This document shows, one piece after another, positions 28,100 to 36,614 of a DNA stretch of 64,000 bases (within the stretch, counting starts at the first letter, position 1; every line of letters starts with the position of its first letter). The position numbers and the translations under genes were made by a program. Source of the stretch: an uncultured bacterium. GTDB taxonomy: Bacteria; Krumholzibacteriota; Krumholzibacteriia; Krumholzibacteriales; Krumholzibacteriaceae. The notes under the pieces were generated by a model, which saw only the letters and a program-made list of their open reading frames with translations, was not told the DNA's origin and made no database searches. The DNA lies in contig CAWBAN010000002.1 of NCBI GenBank assembly GCA_963786935.1, positions 288,001 through 352,000 of the forward strand, in the 5' to 3' direction.

Positions 28100-29021
28100 G
28101 AACCTCGAGAAGTATCTCGGCGAAATCAGCCACTATCTCGTCGTCACGCAGGGGGCGGACGAGATTCTCGCCGAGATCCGGAGCCACATTCTGGAAAAGG
28201 CGGAGCTCGAATCGGGAGGCGCCACGCCGGCGGCGATCGACCGCGCGATCGCGGCGTACGGGAGCCCGCGCGACGTCGCCGCGAAGTACCTCGACGGCGA
28301 GGAGATCATCTCCCCGATTTTCAAGAAGCATCTCTTCCGCTACACGACGATGCTCTTCGCGATCCATTTCGTGCTCACCGCGCTCGCCGTGTTCTTCCGC
28401 GCGAGCATCGTCGCGATACCGTTCTTCTTCATTCCGAAGATGAGCGTGTTCTGGGCGATGCCCTATCTCCTCATGGCGCTCGTGTACGATTTCGGCGTCG
28501 TCGCGCTGATCCTCTATCTCGTGACGCAGCGCAAGGGCGGCGTCCGGCTGCCGTGGTTCGGCGTGCGCCTCGGACGCTTGGGCGAATCGGGGCTCAAGAA
28601 GCCCAAGCCCGCCGTGCTCGTCATGCTCATCGCGATCCTCGGGGCGCTCGTCTTCGTCTTCGTCAAGTACCACACGATCTTCTTCTATTCGATCGACGGC
28701 AGCCGGCCCCGGTCGCTCCTCAATCCCGCCGCGTCCGTGTACTTCTCGATCCTGTTCCTCGCCGCGCTCGCCTGCGACATCATCGGCTACTGGGTGCGGT
28801 TCCTTTTCAACTCGGCGTGGGTCACCCTCGCCCAGAACACGGTCGTGCTGCTCATCCTCTGGATCGTGTGGAACAGCCCGATAAAGCCGGAGTTCGCCTC
28901 CGCCACGGGAACGGATCTGAACCTCATCGGGGGAGGGCTCGTGCTCTTCTTGATCATTCTGAACGTCTTCAGGTGGCTCCGGAGCATCATTCGCGTGGCG
29001 AGAGAAATGTCCCTTCCGTGA
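28092..29021 (+). CDS. HAAS/DUF1700-like signalling domain membrane protein
   Basis: YL.EI..L, EILAEIRSHI, YGSP.DVA..Y, followed by several TMs; coupled to PadR. Confidence 0.75.
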   Translation: MHENLEKYLGEISHYLVVTQGADEILAEIRSHILEKAELESGGATPAAIDRAIAAYGSPRDVAAKYLDGEEIISPIFKKHLFRYTTMLFAIHFVLTALAVFFRASIVAIPFFFIPKMSVFWAMPYLLMALVYDFGVVALILYLVTQRKGGVRLPWFGVRLGRLGESGLKKPKPAVLVMLIAILGALVFVFVKYHTIFFYSIDGSRPRSLLNPAASVYFSILFLAALACDIIGYWVRFLFNSAWVTLAQNTVVLLILWIVWNSPIKPEFASATGTDLNLIGGGLVLFLIILNVFRWLRSIIRVAREMSLP

Positions 29022-29056
29022 TTGTCATCGGGAGCGATTTCCGCTAGATTGAGCCT

Positions 29057-29770
29057 ATGGATCGCTACCCGGAATCGAGCGTCGCCGCCCTCGTCGCACT
29101 GCGGCGCGCGAGGGCCTGCTTTCACTCGTGGCTCTATCGCGTGTCCGCCGAGCGGGAGATCGTCGCGAAGGACGTCGAGCGCTGGAACGCGGTGCTCGGG
29201 GGGAGCGCGTTGGGCGGCGCAGCGCGCGCCGCTTCGATGGCCGGCGTCTCGGGCGTCGCGGCAGGCGCCGCCGCGGATTCGAGCGCGGCGCCGAAACGCG
29301 GGCTCGCCGATCTCGTCGCGCATTATCCTGAGTTCCGCGCGCTGTTCCACTATCGCGTCGCGCGCGAGCGGCGGCTCGGAATCAGGGCGCTCCTCGCGCT
29401 CGCCGACTGGTGCTGGCGCCCGCTCGAGAGCCTCTACATCGTGACGCCGACGATCGGCCCTGGTCTCTTCATCCAGCACGGTTTCAGCACGATCATCGCG
29501 GCGAAAAGCCTCGGGGAAAACTGCTGGGTGAACCAGCAGGTGACGATCGGATTCTCGAGCGTCGACGACTGCCCGACGCTCGGGAACAACGTCTCCGTCA
29601 AGGCGGGGGCGATCGTCATCGGCGATATCACGATCGGTGACGGCGCCGTCGTCGGCGCCGGCGCGGTCGTCGTGAAGGACGTGCCGCCGTTCAGCACGGT
29701 CGTGGGCGTTCCGGCCCGGATCGTCGGGCGGGGCGCTTCGAACGCGGACGCACCGCGGGACGCGCGGTGA
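29057..29770 (+). CDS. Serine acetyltransferase-like hexapeptide-repeat acyltransferase
   Basis: EFRALFHYR, IGPGLFIQHG, NQQVTIG, PTLGNNV, VGAGAVVVKDVP..STVVGVPAR. Confidence 0.85.
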   Translation: MDRYPESSVAALVALRRARACFHSWLYRVSAEREIVAKDVERWNAVLGGSALGGAARAASMAGVSGVAAGAAADSSAAPKRGLADLVAHYPEFRALFHYRVARERRLGIRALLALADWCWRPLESLYIVTPTIGPGLFIQHGFSTIIAAKSLGENCWVNQQVTIGFSSVDDCPTLGNNVSVKAGAIVIGDITIGDGAVVGAGAVVVKDVPPFSTVVGVPARIVGRGASNADAPRDAR

Positions 29771-29783
29771 AGGAGGCGCAGGG

Positions 29784-30149
29784 ATGCCGTTGTCCGTTTT
29801 CACGAAAATCAGCCTGCTCTATCTCGTGCGATCGATCGCGCGGATGGTGTCGTTCGCGCTGCTCATTTTGCTCGGCATGGTGGTCGTCGGGCAGGGGCTC
29901 CCGGATATCAACGCGTTCACCCACGGCGAGAAGGTGTCCGGGGTCATGTTCATCGTCATGATCGCCGGGCTCGTCGTCGGCTGGTTTCGCGAGCTCGCCG
30001 GGGCCCTGCTCATCGTCGGCGGGTTCCTCGGATTCATGGCATCGGAGTACGCGACCACCGGCGACATCGGCATGAGCGGGATATTCATGTTGTTTCCGTT
30101 GGCCGGTTCGCTCTTCTTCGTGTACTGGCTGCTCACGAGGAGACGGTAG
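29784..30149 (+). CDS. Four-TM membrane protein
   Basis: Hydrophobic helices; GL.VGW.RE..G motif; AAGGAGG RBS. Confidence 0.7.
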   Translation: MPLSVFTKISLLYLVRSIARMVSFALLILLGMVVVGQGLPDINAFTHGEKVSGVMFIVMIAGLVVGWFRELAGALLIVGGFLGFMASEYATTGDIGMSGIFMLFPLAGSLFFVYWLLTRRR

Positions 30150-30192
30150 CGGAGCGCCGCCGCGGGCGGCGCCGGGAAGAAAGGAGACTCGT

Positions 30193-30915
30193 ATGGAGCG
30201 AAAAGATTTCTGGGAATCCGCGTTCAGCGGCATCGCGATCGGTCTCGGCATCTGCATCGCGGGGCTGAGCATGAGTCACGCCCTCTTCGAGACGCGCGCC
30301 TCGCAGCGCTCGGTGTCGGTCAAGGGGCTCGCCGAGCGCGAGGTCGGCGCGGATCTCGTCGTCTGGCCGCTCACCTTCGAGGCGATGAGCAACGACCTGA
30401 ACGATCTCCAGTCGCAGGTGGAAGCGAAACGCCGAACGATCAACGCGTATCTGCTGGAGTCCGGCTTCGGCGAGGCGGAGATTTCGCAGTCGGCGCCGCG
30501 CATCAGGGATTCGCAGTCGGAGACGATGTACGGACAGGCGACGCCGCCGAAGTTCCGCTACATCGCGCAGGCCACGCTCACCCTTCGCACGAACAAGATC
30601 GAGGTCGTCAAGAAGGCGATCGAGAACGCCGGCGCCCTCGTCGGGAAGGGGATCGTGCTCGTCGGGGAGAACTACGGGCGGACGACCGAGTTCCTCTTCA
30701 CCGGCCTCAACGAGATCAAGCCGGCCATGATCGAGGAAGCGACGATGAACGCGCGCAAGGCCGCCGAGCAGTTCGCGAAGGACTCGGGGAGCAAGGTGGG
30801 CAAGATCCGGAGCGCCTCGCAGGGGCTCTTCACGATCACCGATCGCGATATGAACTCGCCCGACCGGAAGAACGTGCGCGTCGTGACGACGGTCGAATAC
30901 TACCTCAACGATTGA
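30193..30915 (+). CDS. SIMPL domain (DUF541) protein
   Basis: RSVSVKGLAEREV.AD, LNEIKP.MI.EAT.NAR.AAEQFAKDS, ASQG.F.I, VRVVTTVEYYL. Confidence 0.9.
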   Translation: MERKDFWESAFSGIAIGLGICIAGLSMSHALFETRASQRSVSVKGLAEREVGADLVVWPLTFEAMSNDLNDLQSQVEAKRRTINAYLLESGFGEAEISQSAPRIRDSQSETMYGQATPPKFRYIAQATLTLRTNKIEVVKKAIENAGALVGKGIVLVGENYGRTTEFLFTGLNEIKPAMIEEATMNARKAAEQFAKDSGSKVGKIRSASQGLFTITDRDMNSPDRKNVRVVTTVEYYLND

Positions 30916-30932
30916 AGCGGCGGAGCGTTCGC

Positions 30933-31643
30933 ATGAAGAAGTCGTGTCGTCCGGGCGCCGCGATGAGCGTCCCCGAAATCGTCGCGGAGCTTCGGGCGCA
31001 CGGGAGCCCCGCGAACGTCGCCGGCATGGCGCGCTACGGGATCAATCCGAAGAATGCGCTCGGCGTCTCGGTTCCCGCACTCCGGACGCTGGCGAAGCGC
31101 GTCGGCCGGGACCACGCGACGGCGCTCGCGCTCTGGAAGACCGGCATCCACGAGGCGCGCGGCCTCGCGGGGCTCGTGGACGAGCCGGCGAGGGTCACCG
31201 AGGCGCAGCTCGAGCGATGGGCGAAGGATTTCGACTCGTGGGACATCTGCGACGGCGTCTGCAGCAATCTCTTCGACCGGACCCCGTTCGCGCGCGGGAA
31301 GGCGATCGAGTGGAGCGCGCGTCGCGCGGAGTTCGTGAAGCGCGCCGGCTTCGTGCTCATGGCCGCCCTCGCCGTGCACGACAAGAAGGCACCCGACGCC
31401 CTCTTCAGGGAGTTCCTCCCGATCATCGAGCGGGAATCGACGGACGAGCGCAACTTCGTGAAGAAGGCGGTCAACTGGGCGCTCCGCCAGATCGGAAAGC
31501 GGAACCGCGCGCTCAACCGCGACGCGATCGCCGCGGCGAAGCGAATCCGCCGGATCGAGTCGAAGGCCGCCCGCTGGATCGCCGCCGACGCGCTGCGGGA
31601 GCTCGAAAGCTCCGCGGTGCAGACGCGGCTGAAACGGAAATGA
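30933..31643 (+). CDS. DNA alkylation repair protein (AlkD-like HEAT repeat)
   Basis: GMARYGI, FDSWDICD, DERNFVKKAVNWALRQIGKRN; start uncertain (30912/30933/30963). Confidence 0.9.
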   Translation: MKKSCRPGAAMSVPEIVAELRAHGSPANVAGMARYGINPKNALGVSVPALRTLAKRVGRDHATALALWKTGIHEARGLAGLVDEPARVTEAQLERWAKDFDSWDICDGVCSNLFDRTPFARGKAIEWSARRAEFVKRAGFVLMAALAVHDKKAPDALFREFLPIIERESTDERNFVKKAVNWALRQIGKRNRALNRDAIAAAKRIRRIESKAARWIAADALRELESSAVQTRLKRK

Positions 31644-32533
31644 AGAAGCTCTCCCGCCGGGAGATCGAGAAATTCCGGGCGGCCGTGCTCGCGAACTACC
31701 GCGCGCGCGGCCGGCGCGATCTCGCGTGGCGCAAAACGAAGGATCCGTACCGCATCCTCGTCTCCGAATTCATGCTCCAGCAGACGCAAGTCGCGCGGGT
31801 GGCGGCGAAGTTCGAGCCGTTCGTCGAGCGCTTCCCCGATTTCGAATCGCTCGCCCGCGCGCCGCTCGCCGCGGTCGTGCGGGAGTGGAGCGGGCTCGGC
31901 TACAACCGCCGGGCGCTCCATCTGCGTGAGACGGCCCGGATCGTCGTCTCTCGCTTCGGCGGTCGGCTGCCGCGCGGCTTCGACGAGCTCCGCAGCCTCC
32001 CGGGGATCGGCGCGGCGACGGCGGCGGAGATCATGAACTTCGCGTTCGGCGAGCCGCGCGCGTTCGTCGAGACGAATGTCCGCGCCGTCTTCATTCACCA
32101 TTTCTTCCCGGGGAGAAAGAAGGTCGCCGACGCGGAGATCCTGCCGCTCGTCGAGACGACGCTCGACGCGCGGAATCCGCGCCGGTGGTTCTACGCGCTC
32201 ATGGATTACGGCGTCGCGCTCAAGCGGAGCGGCCCCGATCCGTCGCGACGGAGCGCGCATTACGCGAAACAGGGAAGATTCGAGGGATCCGACCGGCAGG
32301 CCCGGGGGCGCATCGTGCGGGCGCTCACGATGCGCGGCATGACGGAGCGCGGGCCCGCGAATCAGGGCATGAGCGAAGCGGAGCTCGCGAGGGAGACGGG
32401 CCTGCGTGTCGAGCGGATCCGCGCCGTCGTGCCGGGGCTCGTGCGCGACGGGCTCGTCGAGCGCCGGGGCGCGCGGCTCGCTATCCCTTCTTGCGGCGCA
32501 GCATCTTCGTCAGCGAGAACGTCACGAGCGTGA
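31640..32533 (+). CDS. mutY: A/G-specific adenine glycosylase, short MutY-like form without Fe-S cysteines
   Basis: DPY.ILVSEFMLQQTQ, W.GLGYNRRA, LPGIG..TA HhH; ATGA coupling to the upstream gene. Confidence 0.82.
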   Translation: MKKLSRREIEKFRAAVLANYRARGRRDLAWRKTKDPYRILVSEFMLQQTQVARVAAKFEPFVERFPDFESLARAPLAAVVREWSGLGYNRRALHLRETARIVVSRFGGRLPRGFDELRSLPGIGAATAAEIMNFAFGEPRAFVETNVRAVFIHHFFPGRKKVADAEILPLVETTLDARNPRRWFYALMDYGVALKRSGPDPSRRSAHYAKQGRFEGSDRQARGRIVRALTMRGMTERGPANQGMSEAELARETGLRVERIRAVVPGLVRDGLVERRGARLAIPSCGAASSSARTSRA

Positions 32534-32582
32534 GCACGATGCCCCACCCGATGGCGAGGAAGATATAGCCCCCCGTCGTCAT
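32481..32582 (-). CDS. 33-aa single-TM protein, MetS-like NSS transporter small subunit (not in ORF track)
   Basis: MTTGGYIFLAIGWGIVLTLVTFSLTKMLRRKKG; ATGA overlap with the transporter stop; AAGGAG RBS. Confidence 0.75.
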   Translation of the reverse strand: MTTGGYIFLAIGWGIVLTLVTFSLTKMLRRKKG

Positions 32583-34135
32583 TCGGCGCTCCTTTCCTTC
32601 GAAAAGCTGCCCCTGCGCGAGGCGATCGCGATGAAGATCGCGAAGCCGGCGACGATCGCAATCATGAGGAGTCGCGCTCCCCAGATGTAGGGGCGATCAC
32701 CCGACGCCACCGCCTCCATCCGCAGGATCCTGAGGAGATCGGACTTCGCCCACGTGGCGAGGATGGCGATCAGGAAGAGCGGCGTGACGTATTTCATGAT
32801 GTAGCGGTACACGGACGGCACCTTGATCTCGGCGCCTCTCGTGATCTCCTCCCACGCCTTGTTCCCGCCGAACACCCAGAAGAAGACGACGATCTCGATG
32901 AACGCGAGCAGCACGACGCCGAAGGTGCCCGCCCAGAAGTCGAGCTCGTCCAGAAAGCCGTGAACGAGGAAGAACATGACGAGGTTGGCCGCGGCGAACG
33001 TGAAGACCGAGATCACGTTCACGGCCTTTTTCCTGCTCCATCCGAGCTCGTCCATGAAGAAGGTGACGGCGGGCAGGTTCAGCGCGACGGAGGAGGTGAC
33101 CCCGGCGATGAAGAGGAGGAAGAACCACATAAATCCGAAGACGTTCCCGAGCGGAAGGTGCTGGAAGACGATCGGCATCGACTGGAATCCGAGGTTGAAG
33201 GCGCCTCCCTGGGCGATCGCCTGCGTCGCCGCGACGCCGAAGAACGCGCACGCGATCGGGATCGCGATCGTGCCACCGCAGATGACCTCGCAGAACTCGT
33301 TCGTGCTCGCGGTCGCAACACCCGAGAGCGCCACGTCGTCGTTCTTCTTGAGGTAGCTCGCGTACGCCTGGATCGCGCCGAAGCCGACGCTCAGCGTGAA
33401 GAAGATCTGCCCCGCCGCGGCGAGCCAGACCTTTGGATTTCTCAACGCCCCGAGGTCGGGATTCCAGATGAAGCCGAGGCCGTTCACGACGCTCTGGTCC
33501 GGCTTCGAAGGATCGGGCGTGCCGAGTGTCAGCACCCGCACGACGAGGATGATCGCCATGACGATGAGGAGCGGCATGCCGATGTTGGCGAGCTTCTCGA
33601 TGCCGCCGCGGATGCCGCGCCGCAGCACGATATAGTTGATCGCCGCCGTCGCGATGAAGAAGAAGTAGGCCCAATAGATGCCGCTGAAGTAGCTGTTGCT
33701 CTCGATTCCCTGATATCCGTGCAGGAAGCCCCCCATCGCCTCCTGCGTCGTCGCGCCGTTGTACTTGCCGGCGAGGGAGAAGAAGGAGAATCCGAGCGTC
33801 CACGACTCGACGACGACGTAGTAGATGAAGATCGTGATGGGCAGCAGCAGGCCGATGACGCCGAAGTACTTCGCCGCGGGGTGGCGCCAGAGGAGCTGGA
33901 ATATCCCCGGCATCGTGCCGTGCCCCTGATTCCCGCCGAAGCGTCCCATCGCGAGCTCCGTCCACATGAGCGGAATGCCGACGAGAAAGAGCGCGACGAA
34001 GTAGGGGATCATGAACGCGCCGCCGCCGTTCCCGGCGGCCTGTACGGGAAATCGCAGGAAGTTGCCGAGGCCTACGGCGTTCCCGGCGAGCGCGAGGATC
34101 AAACCGATCTTCGTTCCCCAGCGTTCTCGTTCCAT
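32579..34135 (-). CDS. Sodium-dependent transporter (NSS/SNF, LeuT-like)
   Basis: RERW, GNAVGLGNFLRFP, NGGGAFMIPY, GQIFFTLS.GFG, NEF.EVI.GG. Confidence 0.95.
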   Translation of the reverse strand: MERERWGTKIGLILALAGNAVGLGNFLRFPVQAAGNGGGAFMIPYFVALFLVGIPLMWTELAMGRFGGNQGHGTMPGIFQLLWRHPAAKYFGVIGLLLPITIFIYYVVVESWTLGFSFFSLAGKYNGATTQEAMGGFLHGYQGIESNSYFSGIYWAYFFFIATAAINYIVLRRGIRGGIEKLANIGMPLLIVMAIILVVRVLTLGTPDPSKPDQSVVNGLGFIWNPDLGALRNPKVWLAAAGQIFFTLSVGFGAIQAYASYLKKNDDVALSGVATASTNEFCEVICGGTIAIPIACAFFGVAATQAIAQGGAFNLGFQSMPIVFQHLPLGNVFGFMWFFLLFIAGVTSSVALNLPAVTFFMDELGWSRKKAVNVISVFTFAAANLVMFFLVHGFLDELDFWAGTFGVVLLAFIEIVVFFWVFGGNKAWEEITRGAEIKVPSVYRYIMKYVTPLFLIAILATWAKSDLLRILRMEAVASGDRPYIWGARLLMIAIVAGFAIFIAIASRRGSFSKERSAE

Positions 34136-34614
34136 CAATTCCTCCCGAGTCTGGTCTCGATCGTCTTCACTTCGTTCGTCATCGCCTGAAAGTGGCCCCC
34201 CTCCCAGTAGACCCGTCCGCACGCGGGGCAGCGGTGAAAGCGGTGGAAATCCCGCTCGACACCCGGCGGAACGCGCCCCTTCACCGATTCCTCCGGCGCC
34301 TCGACGAGCTGCTCGTTGCATTCGAGGCACCGCGTGAACGGCTCGAACCGGGGGACCTCGCCGAGCGCGGCGAAGAGCTCGACGATCTGCTCGAGCGTGC
34401 CGGCGGAGGAGAGGATCACGGGGCGAGCACCGGGGCGGTCTCCCATCGTCCGCGCCCGCGTGACCGCCGTTCTCCCCTCCTTCATCGCGTTAACGAGGAA
34501 GCGCCCCGTCTCCCCCTCGGGGTTGAGCTTCGCGTCCACGCCGAGCATGCGCAGCTTGACGCACAGCTTTCCGAGCATGCGGTCGAGGAGGAACGAACGC
34601 GATTGTTGCCGCAT
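34135..34614 (-). CDS. Mut7-C RNase (PIN-like) domain protein
   Basis: FLLDRMLGKL..LR.LG.D, PFTRCLECN, F.RCP.CGRVYW.G.H. Confidence 0.88.
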   Translation of the reverse strand: MRQQSRSFLLDRMLGKLCVKLRMLGVDAKLNPEGETGRFLVNAMKEGRTAVTRARTMGDRPGARPVILSSAGTLEQIVELFAALGEVPRFEPFTRCLECNEQLVEAPEESVKGRVPPGVERDFHRFHRCPACGRVYWEGGHFQAMTNEVKTIETRLGRN

Positions 34615-34634
34615 GGCAGCGCTCCTTTTTCTGC

Positions 34635-34663
34635 TTGACAGCATACCAGATAACGCGGAATAT
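34635..34663 (+). promoter_or_regulatory. Possible sigma70 promoter
   Basis: TTGACA-17nt-GAATAT (weak -10). Confidence 0.35.
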
Positions 34664-34760
34664 GTGGAAGCTTCAAAACGCGCGAACAGTGGTTACGGTC
34701 GGGATTCTGTGGAGACGGAGGTGAAACAGCCGGTTCGCAGGGGAGGAACCGCGGGGGTAT

Positions 34761-34952
34761 ATGTCGGAAAATTTCACAGGCTGTCTGAAGTGCAACAAAG
34801 GTATTCTTCTCCCCCTCTCGGATTACGGGAGAGACGGCGCGCCCATCCGCTACAAGGCGTGGGTGTGCAATAATCCGGAGTGCGGATTCAACATTCGAAT
34901 CGACAACGGGGAAATCAGCATCGGCAAGGAGCTATCGTTCTCGAGCAAGTAG
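34761..34952 (+). CDS. Small zinc-ribbon-like protein
   Basis: CLKC...LLPLSDYG...YKAWVCNNPEC; followed by its own terminator. Confidence 0.75.
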   Translation: MSENFTGCLKCNKGILLPLSDYGRDGAPIRYKAWVCNNPECGFNIRIDNGEISIGKELSFSSK

Positions 34953-34971
34953 GGATTCAAAATATCTTGGG

Positions 34972-34999
34972 AAAAAAGGGGCCTCCGGGCCCCTTTTTT
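34972..34999. terminator. Bidirectional intrinsic terminator
   Basis: AAAAAAGGGGCC-tccg-GGCCCCTTTTTT. Confidence 0.85.
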
Positions 35000-35840
35000 A
35001 TTGCCACGCCGGCCGGTGGCGGCGGTGCAGGAGCCAGATCGCCGTCACGAGCACGGCGAGCGAGAGAAGCGTCATTCTCCAATCGGGAGCGACGACCTTC
35101 GCCGCGACGATCTCCTCCTCGGTCGTTCCGTAGAGCCTCACGAGCATCACGAGGTTGTAGAGCCCGTGCGCCGCGATCGGATACCAGAGATTGCCCGTCC
35201 GGTAGAAGAGGTAGCCGAAGAGAATGCCGAGCGCCGCGACGCCCGGAATCACCGGCGGATTAAAGTGGCTCAGCGAAAAGAGAATGCCGGCGAGCGCGAC
35301 GGCGAGCGGGCCGCTCATGTTGCGCTGGAAGATCCGCTGGATGAAGCCGCGGAAGAGGAGCTCCTCGGTGACCGCCGCGACGAGCACGATGCCGAGCCCG
35401 ACGAGGAGAAACGCGCCGGGCCCTTTGGGCTTGATTGAGAGGATGAAGCTGGTATAATCGGCATCCGGCGGCCACATTCGCTCGAACACGCTCGAGAACG
35501 CCTCGACGGGGAGGATCGCCGCCGCGGCGATGACGACGACGAGCCCCGCGGTCGCGAAATCGGGACGGGCGAACGAGAACTCCCGCGCGAACCCGAGCAG
35601 GGACCGGCGCGAGAGAAAATAGAAGGGGACGAGAATCGAGAAGATCCCCGGCAGCGCGAGCGAGAGAACGATCCGGCCGTTGAAGTAGAGAAGCCCCGCG
35701 AGCGAATAGTTCATGAGGAGACAGGCGAGCGCGTACACGAGCAGGAGATAGTTGTTGATCCTGCCGAATATGCCCGGCGCGGACTCTTCCGGCTCGGGGG
35801 ATTCGCGATGTTCGCCGTTGTCGTCACGCTGATCCTGCAT
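34998..35840 (-). CDS. CPBP (CAAX/Abi) intramembrane glutamic peptidase
   Basis: EELLFRG, F...H and H..YN motifs; multiple TMs. Confidence 0.9.
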   Translation of the reverse strand: MQDQRDDNGEHRESPEPEESAPGIFGRINNYLLLVYALACLLMNYSLAGLLYFNGRIVLSLALPGIFSILVPFYFLSRRSLLGFAREFSFARPDFATAGLVVVIAAAAILPVEAFSSVFERMWPPDADYTSFILSIKPKGPGAFLLVGLGIVLVAAVTEELLFRGFIQRIFQRNMSGPLAVALAGILFSLSHFNPPVIPGVAALGILFGYLFYRTGNLWYPIAAHGLYNLVMLVRLYGTTEEEIVAAKVVAPDWRMTLLSLAVLVTAIWLLHRRHRPAWQ

Positions 35841-35890
35841 CGCTCCAGTATATCGGCGCATCGCGCCGCGGACAAGGAGAAAGGCGCTCG

Positions 35891-36601
35891 ATGATCAAGC
35901 TCGTCATCTTCGACCTCGACAACACGCTCACCGATTTCCTCCGCATGAAGGAGGTCTCGATCGAGGCCGCCATTCAGGCGATGATCGATGCGGGGCTCCT
36001 CGTCCCGCCGGACCGCATCCGCGAGGAGATCAACAGGATCTACAAGGACGAGGGGATCGAATACCAGAAGGTGTTCAACAAGCTCCTCGTGAAGCTCAAC
36101 GGCGAGGTCGACTACAAAATCCTCGCGGCCGGCATCGTCGGCTACCGCCGCGCGCGCGAGGCGGCGCTCGTCCTCTACCCGCACGTGCGCGTGACGCTCA
36201 TCCAGCTCCTCGGCAGGGGGCTCAAGCTCGCCGTCATTTCGGACGCGCCCCGGCAGGAGGCGTGGCTCAGGCTCTGCTACCTCCAGCTTCACCACATGTT
36301 CGACATGGTGATCACGTACGAGGACACGGGGGAGTACAAGCCGAGCCCGGCCCCCTTCCGGATGGTGCTCGACAAGATGGGGATCAAGCCCTCGGAGGCG
36401 CTCATGGTCGGCGACTGGCCGGAGCGCGACATCGTCGGCGCGGCGGAGCTCGGCATCAAGACGGTATTCGCGCGGTACGGCGACACCTTCGGCACGATGG
36501 AATCGGGCGCCGATTTCGAGATATCGGACGCGTACGCGCTCATCAAGATCGTCGACGACCTCAATCGGAGGGATGCTCCCGCCGCGGGCGGGACGCGATG
36601 A
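35891..36601 (+). CDS. HAD-IA family hydrolase
   Basis: FDLDNTL, KP.P..F, MVGD..ERDI.GA. Confidence 0.92.
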   Translation: MIKLVIFDLDNTLTDFLRMKEVSIEAAIQAMIDAGLLVPPDRIREEINRIYKDEGIEYQKVFNKLLVKLNGEVDYKILAAGIVGYRRAREAALVLYPHVRVTLIQLLGRGLKLAVISDAPRQEAWLRLCYLQLHHMFDMVITYEDTGEYKPSPAPFRMVLDKMGIKPSEALMVGDWPERDIVGAAELGIKTVFARYGDTFGTMESGADFEISDAYALIKIVDDLNRRDAPAAGGTR

Positions 36602-36614
36602 AAGGAACGTTCGC

